DNA of 63,080 nucleotides, the filler included, from Reclinomonas americana ATCC 50394 (taxonomy: Eukaryota): NCBI GenBank assembly GCA_048213135.1. It is 24 parts of 24 records of this genome, joined end to end, with 100 filler letters (N's around TTAATTAATTAA, not from the genome) between each part and the next. Parts side by side here need not be neighbours in the genome. Positions count along the whole stretch, not along the records: positions 1 to 2,684 come from AFZH01023311.1; positions 2,785 to 3,956 come from AFZH01023312.1; positions 4,057 to 5,369 come from AFZH01023314.1; positions 5,470 to 6,650 come from AFZH01023315.1; positions 6,751 to 10,215 come from AFZH01023316.1; positions 10,316 to 13,109 come from AFZH01023317.1; positions 13,210 to 15,967 come from AFZH01023318.1; 17 more parts are not named here. One strand, written 5' to 3'. Positions 1 to 14,500 of the stretch are shown in pieces. The notes beneath the pieces were generated by a model. It was not told where the DNA came from. It did not search any database and was given only the letters and a program-made list of their open reading frames with translations. A program made the translations under genes and the position numbers. Every line of letters starts with the position of its first letter. The first letter of the stretch is position 1.

Positions 1-2684
1 GGCAGCTTGGTGCCATTGTATGTGAAGAACACCTCCTGCCGTCGTCGATCAAATGCACAGCCGACAGTGTCGCCTGCGGTGAAGCGGGGTCCGTATGCAG
101 TACCGAATCCAGCTGCGACACTAGAGTGAGGAAGAGGAGAAAGAGAAGCCAGAGAGAGAGAGAGAGAGTGAGGGAGAGAGAGAACCATTGTTGTACATAT
201 GTCCGTCGTCTCCATGATAGCCGATGCTGCTGTTGGCCCATCCAGGCCTACCGAGATGCACACACAGTCAGAAGCGGGAGACTGCCGCTGTTTGCATCAC
301 AGGAAATACGCACATGATCCTGGCCAGCGGTCGCGACACGGGATACAGTCCAATGCCGACAGCCGGATAGTCGCCCTCCACAATGGTGGCCTGTGTGGAG
401 AGACGATGGATGAGTGATCAACAGTGCCACCGACGGATACGCGGCCCATGTGCACCTCAAAGTAGTACGTGTCGAGCGCATCGGGAATGGCAAAGTCAGC
501 TCGCGCTATCTCGGGCTGACCCACGACACCGCGGAAAGTGAAAGTGCGCGAGTCGCTTCCAACAAACGCAAGGTCCGTGAACGTGCTGTCCAGCTGTGAC
601 GGCAAGTCGAAGACGTCGAGGCTCACGTACGGCGAGTGTGGTAGCGCACGCTGCAGAGGGTTGGAACCGTCCTCGTCTGACGACGACACGGAGAGCAAAT
701 CGAGTCGCCTATCAGCGTGGTTGTGAGCATGAGACGAAACTGTGTTGGCACTGGCACCGACAACCGCCAAAAACATGGATACTTACCGAGCCATGCCGTG
801 CCATCCGGAGGCTTGCAGACGCTGCAGAGTGTGCTCACCGGATTCGGTGACCTGCTGCAGTCCTTTGACCAGCTGCAGGAGCGACTCGGCGAGGCCCGAC
901 TGCAAACACGCCAACACCATGTCCGAGTCTTGCAACAGCTTGCACAGCGCAGTGATGGAAAGTGTGCGGAGCGTGGTCAAGTGGAACGACTGGCCACTCG
1001 GCGAGCTCTCGTCCACAGCAGCCACCATCTGACTGCTGTTAATCAGCAGCATGAGCGTCTGTGGTAATAATCACCAACGTCAGTCACTCAACGTGTCAGA
1101 ACGGTGGCTGTCAGTGCACACGCACCTGAATTAGCTCGCGACCAAGAGCCAGATGAGAGATTGGGCACTCGATCAGGTCAACTGCAGTGAGACGCTCCAG
1201 CGACAACTTGTGCGGCTCCACGTTGCGTGCAGAGTCCAGCAGCACGTACGCAAATGGTGCAAACTCGTTGAAGCGGGTGACCACGCCAAAGCCACGGTCG
1301 GCTCCATCTTCAGTGGCACGCACTCGCGCTCCCACACGCACCGTCTCCGTGTATCCACCAGTGATGCTCAGTGCACCATAGAGGGCCCTGTAGAATTGTC
1401 ACGAACGCTGCATGTTTCTTCAAAGACACACAGTGGAGCGCGCACCAGAACGAATGCAAGAGCGCGTCGTCGGACACATCGACCGTCAGCGAGCCGAACT
1501 GCCGGAGACCAGCCACAATGGCCGGAGCAGCTGCAAGCTGCGAGTGCAAGTACTCCCGGATCAACTGCGCCCACGAGTCCGTAGCGTGAACCGACGAGGC
1601 GAGTGCGCGGATCAGCATGACGAATTCTCCACTGAGAGTCATGGAACCGCGGCCGCCCAGTGTCTCCAGCTCGTCAGCCGGCACCGGTCCCACTGCACGA
1701 ACGGCGTCGGCAATCTGGGGTGTACAGGCAACGAAAACACAACAGGACGCACCTGAATGTTTGCCAATCCAGCAGCAGCCGGCATGGACGAGCCATGCAC
1801 TGTGTCCAGCGGTAAACATGCTATCGAATTCGCTCACCGACATGTGCGGCAGCGTCCACGCAAGGATGCGCAGTGCGAGGCGTCGGTTGCGCACGGAACC
1901 GTCCATTCCAATGCCCATAATGTCCCGCAACAGAGGGCGCGACAGGACGCACTGGCGGCCAGTCTCGGTGAACGCAAACATTTGCAAAAGAAGCAGCAGA
2001 TTGTGCTGCAGGCCTTCCAACTCATCAATGCATTCTGCGTACTCGACAGCCTGCACGGACTGGCGCATGAGTGTCTGTGCCGCTGCCACGAGAGCGAGTA
2101 CTTCTCCGCTTACCTCCAACAGCTTCGTGTTGGGCATCACAATATTTGCCGACGCACGAGCTTGCAACGCGCTGGCGGCACTTGCCGTCGAGCACACTTG
2201 CAAGCGACGAGTGACACGTGACAGCAGCTCGGCCACGTCAGGAACAGTGAGCTCCACCAAATGCGCACGCCAGCTGGTGACCGTCGTCGACTCGGTGGCA
2301 CCGGATCCGAACGGCGACGAAGGCGGACTGCCATGACCAGTACTGTGAGGCGACGGAGATGGCGAGGGCGACTGTGGGAGACTTGGAGTGCTGGGAACCG
2401 ACGGACCAAAGCCAGCAGTCGCTTTGCTTACAACCTCGCTGGCATCACGACCGCAAAACTACACACACGAGTACACGCGTGATGCTCAGGATACAGGCGC
2501 GTGAGTGCGAAGAGCCACTCAGCATGCGTACCGTAGTCATCAGGAAACGCAGCAGTGTGGCCGCGTACGATCGCAGACTCTCTGTTGCCGTCACCGACTT
2601 TTGCTCGTCCGCCAACAACGGAGTCATGGCAGGCGGTGCCGTTAGGTCATCGTCCTCACTCACACCCAACCCGTGACTGCACAG
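1..2684 (-). CDS. Eukaryotic multi-exon fragment of a large protein with a SPRY domain (possibly a giant HECT/HERC-like E3), partial
   Basis: Spliced reading gives ARADFAIP..TYYFEVHM, SIGYHGDDG and YGPRFTAGDTVGCAFD..VFFTYNG, typical of SPRY. Helical exons upstream are broken by short GT-AG introns. The E3 assignment is inference only. Confidence 0.6.
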
Positions 2685-2784
2685 NNNNNNNNNNNNNNNN
2701 NNNNNNNNNNNNNNNNNNNNNNNNNNNNTTAATTAATTAANNNNNNNNNNNNNNNNNNNNNNNNNNNNNNNNNNNNNNNNNNNN
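2685..2784. other. Artificial contig linker (44 N + TTAATTAATTAA + 44 N); first of 23 identical linkers in the window
   Basis: The same 100-nt spacer, with stops in all six frames, recurs at every gap (e.g. 3957, 5370, 6651, 10216, 15968, 26049, 30150, 56498, 61575). Confidence 0.98.
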
Positions 2785-3956
2785 CACTGCTCGTGATCGA
2801 CTTCCACTGCTGGATCCAGCACCACGCGAGACACAGCGGTCGCTGTGGTATTGGTGGCCACACACCACTCGCCGAATCGCTGGCGACACATGTAGCGCAC
2901 AAACTGGTGCCAATCGATGCGATTTCGATTCTCCAGATCCATGTCCGCAAACGCTTGCGCGGCCTCCGCGGCATCAGTGTCGATACGTCCCGTAAACTCT
3001 TCGCGTGAGATATACCCGTCGCCATCGGTGTCAGCCTCGTCAAACATGCGACGGAGAGTCTCTCGGTCCGAGAATGACACCTGCGGCGTGCACCACAGGT
3101 GAGCACGTGTGTGCTCCAGCACAGCATCAAGTCCTATCTCACGCAACTCCGGCGCGATCCAGAATGCGTCGAGCAAGCCTCTCGGGTGTGGCCGACTCTC
3201 GCACTCGCAAACTGATGTCGTGCTTCTCGCCGCTGTCTCCAGGCACCACAGCAAAAGAGAGATTTTCGCTCTTGAGCACTCGCAGCATCGTCTCTATAAA
3301 CGCCAGTGCGTTGGTTGGCTCGTTGAACACCAGCGCAGCAAGGCGCGCCACGTCAGAGCGTGCGTCGCCGCTGCCCTCCACGCCGGCAGAAAATCGTGCC
3401 GACAGAGAGCCGGCTTCATCGCCATCAGCGGCCTCCGCAGAAGCCTGTTGGCTGCCAAGGACTTGCAACCAGGTGAACAGCGCGCTGATCTTCCGACCGC
3501 GAGAGGGCAGCAGTAGGTCAATGTTGGCCGTCATGATATCCGTGCAGGCGACACGAATCGTCTCGCCAAGCGACCAGATATCTTCGTTGCCAAACTCCTC
3601 TTCGGCAAGCACCGACCCACGATCTGCACAGCGCAACAAGAGCTGCAGGAGCGTGTCTGCGCGAGGGAGAGAAAGGGCGACTTTGAGATTGAGAGACTCG
3701 TAAAGATAAAGTGGCACACCACGCAACTGCCAGAGGCTGGCGATGGAATGGCTATTTCGGTTGCGTGGCACTTGGCCATGTTGTTGCGCAGAAGACGTAG
3801 CGCCAGCAGCAGCATGTAGTTGGCGTCGCGCTGATGCACGTCAGTGTCGAGCAACGACTCCACCGTGCTGTACAAATACTCAAAGAGCGACGAGTCGGAC
3901 ACATCGACAGTGAGCGGCTGCTGTCTGCCACCAATCTGGGGAGAGCCGGGAGAGTG
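2785..3956 (-). CDS. Eukaryotic multi-exon fragment with an EF-hand pair, partial; may be the same gene as contig 1
   Basis: EF-hand loops DTDGDGYISREE and DLENRNRIDWHQF. Same strand and adjacent to contig 1. Confidence 0.6.
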
Positions 3957-4056
3957 NNNNNNNNNNNNNNNNNNNNNNNNNNNNNNNNNNNNNNNNNNNN
4001 TTAATTAATTAANNNNNNNNNNNNNNNNNNNNNNNNNNNNNNNNNNNNNNNNNNNN

Positions 4057-5369
4057 CGCTACTCCGACTGCGATGGCGGCACTCTGGTGGTGTGCCCGCG
4101 CTCGATCTTCACCAGTTGGCGCGCCGATGTCCAGCGACGATTTGTCGAAGACACTCACCAAGTGTGCATCTGGCACGGCAAGCGTGCGTCTTCCCATCCT
4201 TCTATCCGCCCTCTCTCCCTCTCGTGCTTCTCTGGTCGCTGATAATGGGGCTGCAGCCGCCAAGCAACTGGATGCAGAAGCGCTGCAGCAATATTCCTTG
4301 GTCATCACCAACTACCACCACATGAAGAACGACGTGCGAAGTGCCAACAGCGTGTTGCGTCGCGTGCGATGGTCGCGCATTGTTCTCGACGAGGCTCAAG
4401 AGATCAAGAACTGTGAAACAATTGTGTCGGAAGGTCAGATCTGGTGCCGACCTTGGCCTTGGGGAGATCTGCTGACCGGTGTTGTTGCGTGCAGCTGTGT
4501 GCGAGCTGGAGGGACGAGCGCGTTGGTGCATGAGCGGCACTCCAATCGAGAACAAGCCGGGCGACTACTTCTCGCTCATGCGCTTTCTCCGGGCGGATCC
4601 CTTTGGAGACGAGTTCCGTTCATACATCCCTTTCCACAGCGTCGGCTTTCGTTTCACCTCCTCACTCACCCACGCGGTTGTGCAGGGAGTGGTTCAAGCG
4701 GTACTGGCGGTTCGACGTCATGGAGGCGTTCAACGAACGCCGATCGCAAAGTCGATCACTGGTCGTGCCGGAGCGCGTGGTGCGTGAGACCTTTGATGCC
4801 ACGCTGCTGCGTCGCACCAAGGCTGCCGTCGCCGAGGCCATGTTCAGTTGCGTATCGCCTGGCTGCCACCCGCGGGAGTTCAGCAGAGACAGTTGGCTGA
4901 CTGTTCTGTCGGCGCCGCAGAGCGTGACCAGAGCCGACGAATGCTGCCGATCAAGTTTGAGTCGTGCTTGACATTAATTCTCAGTCCAGAAGAGAAGCGC
5001 TTCTTCCGCCTGTTGTGTGCCGGCGAAGTGACGAACGTGCAGAGGCCGCACATCTTGCCATACTTTTTGCGCTCGCTCCAGGTGAGGAGTGCATCCAGAG
5101 CCTTGAGCACCCTCTTGATGACGGCTAATGGTGTGCTTGCATAAAGACTGGCAACGACCGACGCTCGATCAGCTCGCCCGACACACACGGCGCAGCTCCA
5201 AGCACCAAGACGGTGAACCTGATGAAGATTATCAAGCGTGCTCTCAAGGGCACGCTGACACTGCCGTTTGTTGAGCAACAACCGAACGGCAGCAAGGTGA
5301 TGGTACGTCGTCGGCACGCTTTCCCCGATCGTGCCAGATCGCCTCCCTTACGAATGCCTTCTGCAGCAC
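4057..5369 (+). CDS. SNF2-family (Rad5/Rad16-like) helicase ATPase, intron-containing, partial
   Basis: Motifs [45 protein letters not shown] and LLRRTK lie across successive exons. Confidence 0.85.
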
Positions 5370-5591
5370 NNNNNNNNNNNNNNNNNNNNNNNNNNNNNNN
5401 NNNNNNNNNNNNNTTAATTAATTAANNNNNNNNNNNNNNNNNNNNNNNNNNNNNNNNNNNNNNNNNNNNGTGTGGGAGGACAGTCGCTGCTCGCTGCGAT
5501 CTGTCCGTCACACACGTGTTTTCTCGTTGCAGACAGACGCACGCAGTGAACTGAGAGGGTGTGTGTGGGAGAGAGAAGAAACGCTTCTCAG

Positions 5592-8500
5592 ATGGTGTTT
5601 GAGAGCTATGTTCACAAGTTGCGTGCGTGATTCTCTCTCTTTCACCTTTTTTCTTATTGATGCCAACTGCGATTGTCTTGCGTTCTTCTGCAGACTTGTG
5701 ATGCGTCTTGCATCCAAGTTCATCAAGAACCTGGGAGCCTCTGACTTGTCACTGTCGTTTGGCGGTGGCGACATTGCACTGGGTGATTTGGAGTTCAATG
5801 AGGCGGTGGTGTCTGAGGCGCTGCAGGGCGCCTACCCGTTCCGTTGCATCAGCGGGCGCATCAAGCGTGCGTGTGCCAAGGTCTCTTGGCGCGCCATCCT
5901 GTCGACTCCCATTGAGGTGTCGGTCGAGTCAGTGGAGTTGGTGCTGGGACCCGTCACTGAGCCGCCTGAATATGCGTCGCCGCCGCCCACGCCTGACTCG
6001 GCACGCAAGGATCCCGGCAAAGAAGACAAGGGTGCGTCCTCTCATCCTCCACTCCCCGCTCTTTGGTTTTTTTTATCTTAATCGTCGCTGGTGCTGCAGG
6101 CGATCCTGGTATGCTGTTGAAGATTGCCACAAACGTGCAGCTCAAGATCAACAATGTGGTGATCAAGTACGTGGACGGGCCGCGAAGTCTCCTCATCGGA
6201 CTCGGTTCTGTGAGCTCGTGGGCTGCCAATCCCGACTTTGAGCCGGCCTACATTGTTTCGTGCGATGCGTCACAGGTCGTGCGTGTGTGTGTGTGTGTCG
6301 GGCGCCTCTCACACATGCACAGATGCCGTCCGGGCCGAATCACCAAATCAACCGCGTGATCAACATCGACAGCCTGTCGGTGTCCATTCGCGACGAAACT
6401 CATCCCGTCGACGGAGCTCAAGGTGAGTGCGAGTGTGTCTTTCCCTGTTGAATTCACTTTCAGCACCTCACTCTCCCCTACCCCTGTGCACAGAGACGGT
6501 GCTGCGGAGAACATCGCTGCAGGTGCGCATGGAAATCTACTTGCGCAACTCAGTAAATCGACCGCGCAACAAGATCTGGGTCGAGGGCGACCAAGTGCGA
6601 GCCAACTTTGACCAGTACCAATGGAAGGTACGTTCTCATTCTTCTTCTTTNNNNNNNNNNNNNNNNNNNNNNNNNNNNNNNNNNNNNNNNNNNNTTAATT
6701 AATTAANNNNNNNNNNNNNNNNNNNNNNNNNNNNNNNNNNNNNNNNNNNNCCGTCCTCGTCACCCTCGTCGTTACGTCGAAAAACTCATTGTCTCTCGTG
6801 CAGGGCTATCGCCAGCAACGTCACACGCGCCCGAATCAGCACTCGCTCCTCGCTTCCGCTGTCTGGTGGTGGAGTTGGATCACTTGTTCGTGCTGAGAAG
6901 ACCACGGAGTGCAAGTGTCACCACACCATCCACCGTCTCTGCGACGGCTGCGGCTGGCGATGCCGACTCGGGGAGCCTGCACTCGGCGCACTCGAGCGAT
7001 CGTGGTTCCATTGCCGGAGCGATGGATCACAGTGCGCAAATCGGATTCTCGTTGCGCGTGACGTTTGCAGCGGATGCTCGCGAGGAGACACCGGTGCGTC
7101 GTCGCAGTGGCGTGTCGACACCATCCAAGCTGGGCTTCTCGCAAATATCGAGTCGCTCGCACTCGCCAACGTCGGTACGTGCAAGCAGCACGAACAACTC
7201 TGTTTTTGTTGTTGATTTCTTACCCCGCGGTGATTAGAGCGTGCATGCGGCGTTGGCGGAGGTTGTCGGCCGGATGCCACACATGTCACCAATGGGTGGC
7301 AGTCCGCGACGCTCGCCACGCCTAATGTCCTCCGCGAGTGCTGGATCTGAACCGACCGCTCTGTCATTAGGTTGGTATCTGTGACATTGTTGTGTTGTCT
7401 CTGTGAAGTGTCAGAGTCGTGCGCGTCTGACAGTAGCCGCCACAGATGGTGCAGAGGTGGTACCGCCAACGGTGGAGGTGGTGCAGGAGACATTGTGGGA
7501 GGCGTCGCTGGAGCAGCTGGATCGCTTGCGTGACTTGCTGCTGACGGATCGTACAAATGTCGAGAAACTCCGCGTGTACCGCATCGATCGCGACAGAATG
7601 GAGGCCGAGTTGCGGCGGCGACAGCAAAGCCGACGCAAGAAGAGGCGCAGGAGAAAGATTGCCGACCGCGTGGCGAAGCGCGTCAAGAAACCGAAGATCG
7701 AGTGCTTTGTGGCTCGCCTGCTGCAGCTGTCGGGTTGCACGGTATCCGTGCTGGTGGACTTGGTGTGTGCGACTCGAGTCGTCTGTCTTGTCAAGGATAT
7801 TTCACGTCGCGTGTCTTACACACACACATGCATGTTCGTATACAGGAGTCTCCGGCGCTACATTTGCGTGCCATGGTGGAGAGTGTTCGAGTGCGACTGT
7901 ACGACCATGCGCACGCCATCGCTGTCGCCCGCACTGTCCTGCGTGTACACGACACGATTCATGGAATGGTGCCGATTCTCGTGGGCGACATTATGCACTT
8001 TGTTCCCTTGTGTGTGCCACCACGATTCATGCCGCCACCACCTGCGGCACCGCTTGCGCCGCTGGCTCTGATGCATCGGCGAGTGCGCAGTCCCCTGCAC
8101 GATCCCACGGACTCGGATGAGGACGATGAGTTTGAGGACGCAGAAGAGGATGACGACCAGTCGTCGATGCGACCGCTGCCGACGCCCGCCGCGCACCTGC
8201 CAGACGAACGGCTTGCCTCTGCTTCTGCCTCCGGCACCGGCTCCGCCGCAGGAGAGGGACCCTCGTTGCTGAAGAAATTGGTGTGTTGAGAACGCCTGTC
8301 CACCCGCGCCCTCGTGATCGCATCTACTGAAGCATTTCTGTGGTTGCAGGTTTTCGAGGCCACACTGAACGTGCAAGAGGTCGACCTTCAAGTGACAAAT
8401 GGCGACCGCTCACCGGGTGTTGGTGTGGCTTTGACGGGCCTCCGTGCCGTCCTGTTTTCGCCCAGTGGCGTCACGTGTGCGGGTTTGCCGCCGGCAATCA

Positions 8501-11500
8501 TTGCATCGCTGGAGGCCAGTGGGCAAGAGGAGCACCAGGCTGGAGTGGAGCTCTGCGTGGCGGCTGGACTCATTCGCGTGGTGGAGAGTTGCGTGCACTC
8601 ACCTCACCCTTCTTGTAAAATCCTCTCTCACCGCTGTGCGTTCGTTGGCGTGCAGGCGGTGCGGTCATGGGTCCGGCCGACGACGTGGCGATGGGCGGCA
8701 GTGTATCATCACCGTCTTCATCGTCGGCTGCGTCAGCACTCTCGAGCGGCATCCCACTTACTCCGCTGCTGGAGTGGTCGGCACCTGGCGTGTCGGTGTG
8801 CCTCACCAACTCGGCTCCGCAGTGGACCGCACTGTTGCAGCGCGTTTTCGGCTGTCTCCGTGTGCCAGCCGACGTTGATGTGGCGTCGCCGGCGTGGGAA
8901 CGCCCTGGCACTGTGTCGGCACAATCACCACCGGTCATCATGGTGCAGGGACTGGGCGACGTCGAGCTCCGCGTGAACGAGCGGCACATTCGCGCCATTT
9001 TCCAGCTCATTTACTACGTGCCGCCATTCATCAGCACGGTGGTGTCAGAGGTGTGGCGAGTGTGGGATGCTTTCTCATTCTTGATTGACGCGGGAACTGA
9101 TTGCACCTTGTACTCAGTTCGTCGGCGACCGTGTGGCCGACGATGATGACGAAACCGACCTGCAAAGTGACGATGCGAGGAGTTCGGCCAGTGCGCGGAA
9201 GGAGCCGGACATGACAGCGTTGTCGGTGTCGATGCATCGCATCAGTGTGGCGGTCGACTTGCCCGCATGCTCGCCTGAGGACTTTCAGTTGGACGAGCGC
9301 GAAGGTAGACTGCGTGCGACATGCGATGTGTGTGCATTCTTGGGTCGTTTTCCGTCTATTCACGTATCTTTGCACGCAGAATGCGACCGTGCTGTGTTGC
9401 GCTTCGAGTGTGGTGTGCATCTGACGACAATGGCGATGGTGACGAGTGTGGGAGACGTGGAAGGCCTGATTCAGAATGTGCTCTCGGTTGAGCTGTCGAG
9501 GTTTTTGGTCACATCTTTCCTTGGTGGTCCCTTCTGTGTCGTTGCTGATGTTCCTTTGCTCGCAGATGTGCTATTGCCACTCAAACTGTGACCGCCGCCG
9601 GTGGTCCCGAGCGCTCACTCTCCGCTCTGTTCCCGTGGGCACCGGTTCCGTTCGACGTTGATGTGGCTCTCCGCATGCGACCGCCGCAGCTGCCGGTGCA
9701 GTCGCAGCAGATTACCGACGTTGTGGTGACTGGCGCGCACGCGTTTACGCTGGTGGTGGGTCTCGAGACCGCGGAACATGCCAGTCTCTTGTATCGCGCC
9801 GGCAGTGCCGTGTGGTGCGTAGTTTTTCGACCTATCTGTTTGCTTGTCTGTCGTCGTTGGTGGCTCCGTGCACTGATGATTCCGTATTCATACGTGTATC
9901 AGCTCGCTCTTTGAGCCGTTTACCGAGGACGAGGAACCAGCGTCACCCTGTCCAGTGGTGGCGTCGCAGCTCACGAGTTGCGTGGTGTCTTCTCTCGAAC
10001 AATTCTCGCGAGACCTGGCTACTGACACCGCGTGCGCAGATGTGGTGGTCAACATGGCGTCGCTGCGACTGGTTGTCCTGCTGTCGACGCCGGCCACGGA
10101 TTCGTATGATGTGGAGCTGACGACCACGGACTTGCGGCTCGACTTGGTGCTGCAAGATTCGCAGGCTCCGTTGGCGCTGTTGCCTGTGTCGGGTGACGGC
10201 AGTGGCCTGTCGCAGNNNNNNNNNNNNNNNNNNNNNNNNNNNNNNNNNNNNNNNNNNNNTTAATTAATTAANNNNNNNNNNNNNNNNNNNNNNNNNNNNN
10301 NNNNNNNNNNNNNNNGTGTCTCTCTCTCTCTCTTCTTTAGCCTTCCCGACTTGCATGCCCACTGATCTTGTTGTGTCTCGTAGTGTCATGGCCACCGTTG
10401 GCGACGTTGGCGTGCGAATCAGTGATCGCATTGTCGACTGTGCCGAAGCCATTGTCACTCTGCTGCACACACATCCGCCCGACAAGTGGCCGCAGCGTAT
10501 GGGATTCGGCGAGGCGCCACAGCAGGGCCAGTCGGCGGAGATGCAGGCCTTGCTGATCCGCGACGCTCGACCAGAGCGCTTCCAGAGCATCACGCTCAAT
10601 CTTGAGCGCTACGTGGTCGTCAACGAGACCGACCAGGACCTGTGGCTTGCGCAGGATGGATCGAGCGATGCTGTTGCTCTGCCGTCCGGCCACCGCATCT
10701 TCCATGCATGGAAGTACGTGCAGGAGCACGCCCACCGTCACGTGCGTGGTGGATCAGACATGCGTGTTGTGTGTGTGCGTTTATCATTCTCACTCCATCT
10801 TCCTGACATTGCACAGTTGCTCCGTGTTCGCATGGCCGACTGCGCCTGGTCGTGTGCGTTTGACATTCGCAAGACGGGTGTGGTTGTGCTGGCCTTTGAA
10901 AAGGCGTCACAGACCACCGACGTGCATGTGACCATCGAGGTGAGAGTGTGGATGGTAGTGGTCTCCCGAGATGATCATGCGGTGCGCTGACAGTGTGCCG
11001 CAGGATGTGCCAATGTATACGGTTATCCGGCTGGTGCCAAACTGCATGTTTGCCAACTACACGCATCTGCCTGTGCGATTCCGAGTGTGGGAGCAGGGTG
11101 TCGGTTTCCGCAGCGTCGTTCTGTGTCCACAGAGGGTCAAGAAAGGTATTTGAGGGAAGAGAGAGACGGATTGATGCAGATCCGAGCTGACATTGCGTTC
11201 GATACACAGATCCAAACGACGAAATTCCGGGCGCGACCGGCAACGTGCGTGGCCTGTGCATATGGCGTGACGGTCGTCGCCCACCACAGAATCACCTATT
11301 GGACCTGCGAACGGCCCGTCGTGTCGGTGATATGGGCAACTACGTGTGGGGCTCGACGTTGCACGACGCTGCTTCTGCCGCCGCCGCCGCCGCCGTCGTG
11401 TCTTCATCAGCCGCCGCTGGCGGCAGTGGTGGTGTCGCGAGTGATGAAGACGAAGATGGCGACGACAGTCACTGGAGCTCTCCAGTGCAGCTCTCGCTGG

Positions 11501-14500
11501 CGCCTCAGGCGGAGAGCAGCACTGTGTGCTGTCGCCTGCCTGGCATCAATCTGGAGGCCACCACAGCCGGGCGACAGGCGGCACTGATTGAGTTGGAGCA
11601 GTGGTGAGTGTTGAGGTGGAGCAAACGCTCGCGTATGACGCGATAGCTGAGCATTCATCATTGGTGCGCACAGGGACGAGGAAGGAGCGAATATTGGGCC
11701 TGGATACGTCTGGCTCCACAAGAGCAGTTCGCGCAGCAGCTCGCTGAGCTCCGGTGTGGTCACCGTGTCGGTGTGGCCCACGTACATTCTGCGCAATCGA
11801 ACACCACACAACCTCGTGGTCAACGCCTGCCAGCATCCCGTCAAGCAGCCGGTTCGTGCACCTCGCACGCAATTCTCCTCCTCCTCCTTCTCCTCCTTGT
11901 CTCTCACGTTCCTGATGCAGCAAATTCCGAGCGATGCCGCCTCATTCGCACAGACGCGGACACTTGTCGAGTGCGCCGACTTCAACCCAAACTCAGTTTC
12001 GACGGTTGAGTTGTACCGGCAGCAAAGCCGACCGCCGTCGACCGGCCAAATGTCGTCGATCCATCAGGAGGAGGACGAGACGCCGGCTGCGGACATTGAT
12101 GACCCGTGGGTCGCGCACTGCTACGCTGATCCATTCAAGGTGATCAAGCTCTCTGTGTGGGCGCAGCAGCCGCAGGATGATGAAGTCAGGTGCGCCACTC
12201 GAGCGCGCATGCACGCGCTTGTCTTTCACCGACACTGACTTGCGCACGCGTTCCGTAGCGAACGCGACATGTATGACTCGGACGACGACTCGCCCGTGTC
12301 ACCGCTCTCCGATCCGCCCAATCCGACTCCGTTCCAGCCGCCCGAGAGTTGCGTGCGCACGATCAAGATTTTGTTCAGAGACAGCGGTTCACCGCGCAAG
12401 TGCAGTGCATGGAGTGCGTGTTCCGCGGCAAGTGGAGCGCGACTCGGATGTTCCACACTTTGGCCTCAGCCTCTCCAAGGACATGCTGTCGCGACTGCGC
12501 ACACAGTTTGTGCTCGATGCTGAGCAGGCCGAGATTTTGCCCTTCCGCAACATCCAAACCAACACGTTTTTCGAGGTGCCGAGCCTCATGCTGGGTGTGA
12601 GGTGTGTGTCGCGCGCGCATGCCAGTTCTGTGCCGTGATTTGCCGCTGCCTCTAACATTGTCTCGCCCTCTCGAAGCTCGTGGGTCGACTGCGCGCCGAC
12701 TGTGGTCCTCGACATGCACTACTCGGTGGTGTTTGACAACTTTTCGGGCATTGAACTGTGGGTGAAGGCGCCGGACAATCGCACAAAGCCGGCAGTCGTG
12801 GTTTGTCGCCCCCTCACTGCTCCTTTTCGCTCAGTGTTTGTGTACTCACTCGGTCTCTGCAGACGGTGCCGGCGAGTTCTCAGGCCTGCTTCTCCATCAC
12901 CGGTCGTGCACCGCTGCATACGCTCATGTTTGGTGTCGAGCGGCAGAGTCTGAAGGACATGGTGTGTGTGTTTGTGTATCGTGAGCATTGGAAACTCTTT
13001 ATTAGTTGGCACGGTTCTTACTCTGCCGACATGCAGGACTGCTCTCACTCGATCGAGTCGCCGTATCTGTATGATTTGCGACAGTACCACGAGCGACGCA
13101 GTCTGCAGGNNNNNNNNNNNNNNNNNNNNNNNNNNNNNNNNNNNNNNNNNNNNTTAATTAATTAANNNNNNNNNNNNNNNNNNNNNNNNNNNNNNNNNNN
13201 NNNNNNNNNACCCGAACACCACCGGCGTCGCCACCGTGGCCATCGATCGCATGCGTACCGTCCGCCTGGCCCAGTGTCGCCAATTGTCACCAGCTCCAGT
13301 GACGCGGCCGGCAGTGAGGAGGCTGAGTTGAATCCGCACGAGATTCCTGGCGCGTTCTTGTTGCGTGGTGCCTCGTACACCCCGGGTGCGCACGGCATGG
13401 GACCGAGACCACTCCTGGCGCCGGCTGGTGCTTCTGGTCGAGCGCCAGGCACCACCAGCAATTTGTCGCGGTACCTGCAGTGCGCCGCCGGTGCGGACGC
13501 AGATTCGGGCAGTGTGTCGTCGCAGACTTCGGGATCGCCGCGCTCCTTGTCGCCCAGGGTGCGTGGCTGCTGGAATTTTGCGTGTGATGGTGCTGTGCCC
13601 ATCACTGACTGTGTGTTTGCACACAGACAATGCGACATGGCTCTGCGTATGCGCCAGGCTCCGACGCGGGCGACGATGGTGTGTACTCACTACGCGCGCG
13701 GCGTCTTTGGCGTGACGTGCTCTCTGCTCACTTGCACTGTCGCAGCACCGCGCGAGTCGAGCGAGTACGTCACGCTCTTTGTGTCGTCGGCGCAGCTGCC
13801 GTTGGAGGCGTCCAAGAGCACGCTGGTGGCATCGATTACCGCGCACCAGTCGTCCATGCTGCAGTTTGCCAGCCACTCGTCGCCAGTGCGCACCACAGGT
13901 CCGACGGGCAATCCCTCACCGCACGGCACTGCCGTTCCGGCCATGTCGGCCGCCAGTGGCCCGCTGTTGCTTCCCTCGAACGCATCGCTCACCTCCGAGT
14001 CTGAGGCCGCGTCCTTCTACTCTGTCGACTACGGTTCGTGAGTGTGCGTGTGAAGAGTTCTCAGCGAAGAGATCGACTGAAAGCGTGCTGCCACAGACAT
14101 GTCGGTCGGTGGCGAACCGCGTGAGCGTCAGTCCAGCCTGTTGATATCGCCCTCGTACGACGCGATTACTTTCCAGACTGCCGCGTGTGATTTGGCCCAT
14201 GTCAACGTGTGGCTGTTGGTGGACGAGGACGCATTTGGTCCCACTGGCACCGATGTGTACATTACCACGCCCGAGTCCGAAGGTACGGCACGTCGACCGT
14301 GTGTGTGTGTGTGTGCCGTGCGTGGTGTACCTGACTGCTGCTTGGTGTCGTAGCTGTTCCGTCGCGACTGTTCAGCCGCGGCAACGCCGACGAAATCTCC
14401 CGCTCAGTCGGCAAGCGAGTATTCTTGTGCTTGAGCCTGAAGGGCCTCGGCGTGTGCATTCAGGTTTGTATTGTGCATGCTGTGTTGCTGCTGGAGGAGA

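Noticed and set aside
2729..2740. Recurrent TTAATTAATTAA palindrome as a biological repeat
   Set aside because: Always centred in fixed N-runs; it is an assembly linker.
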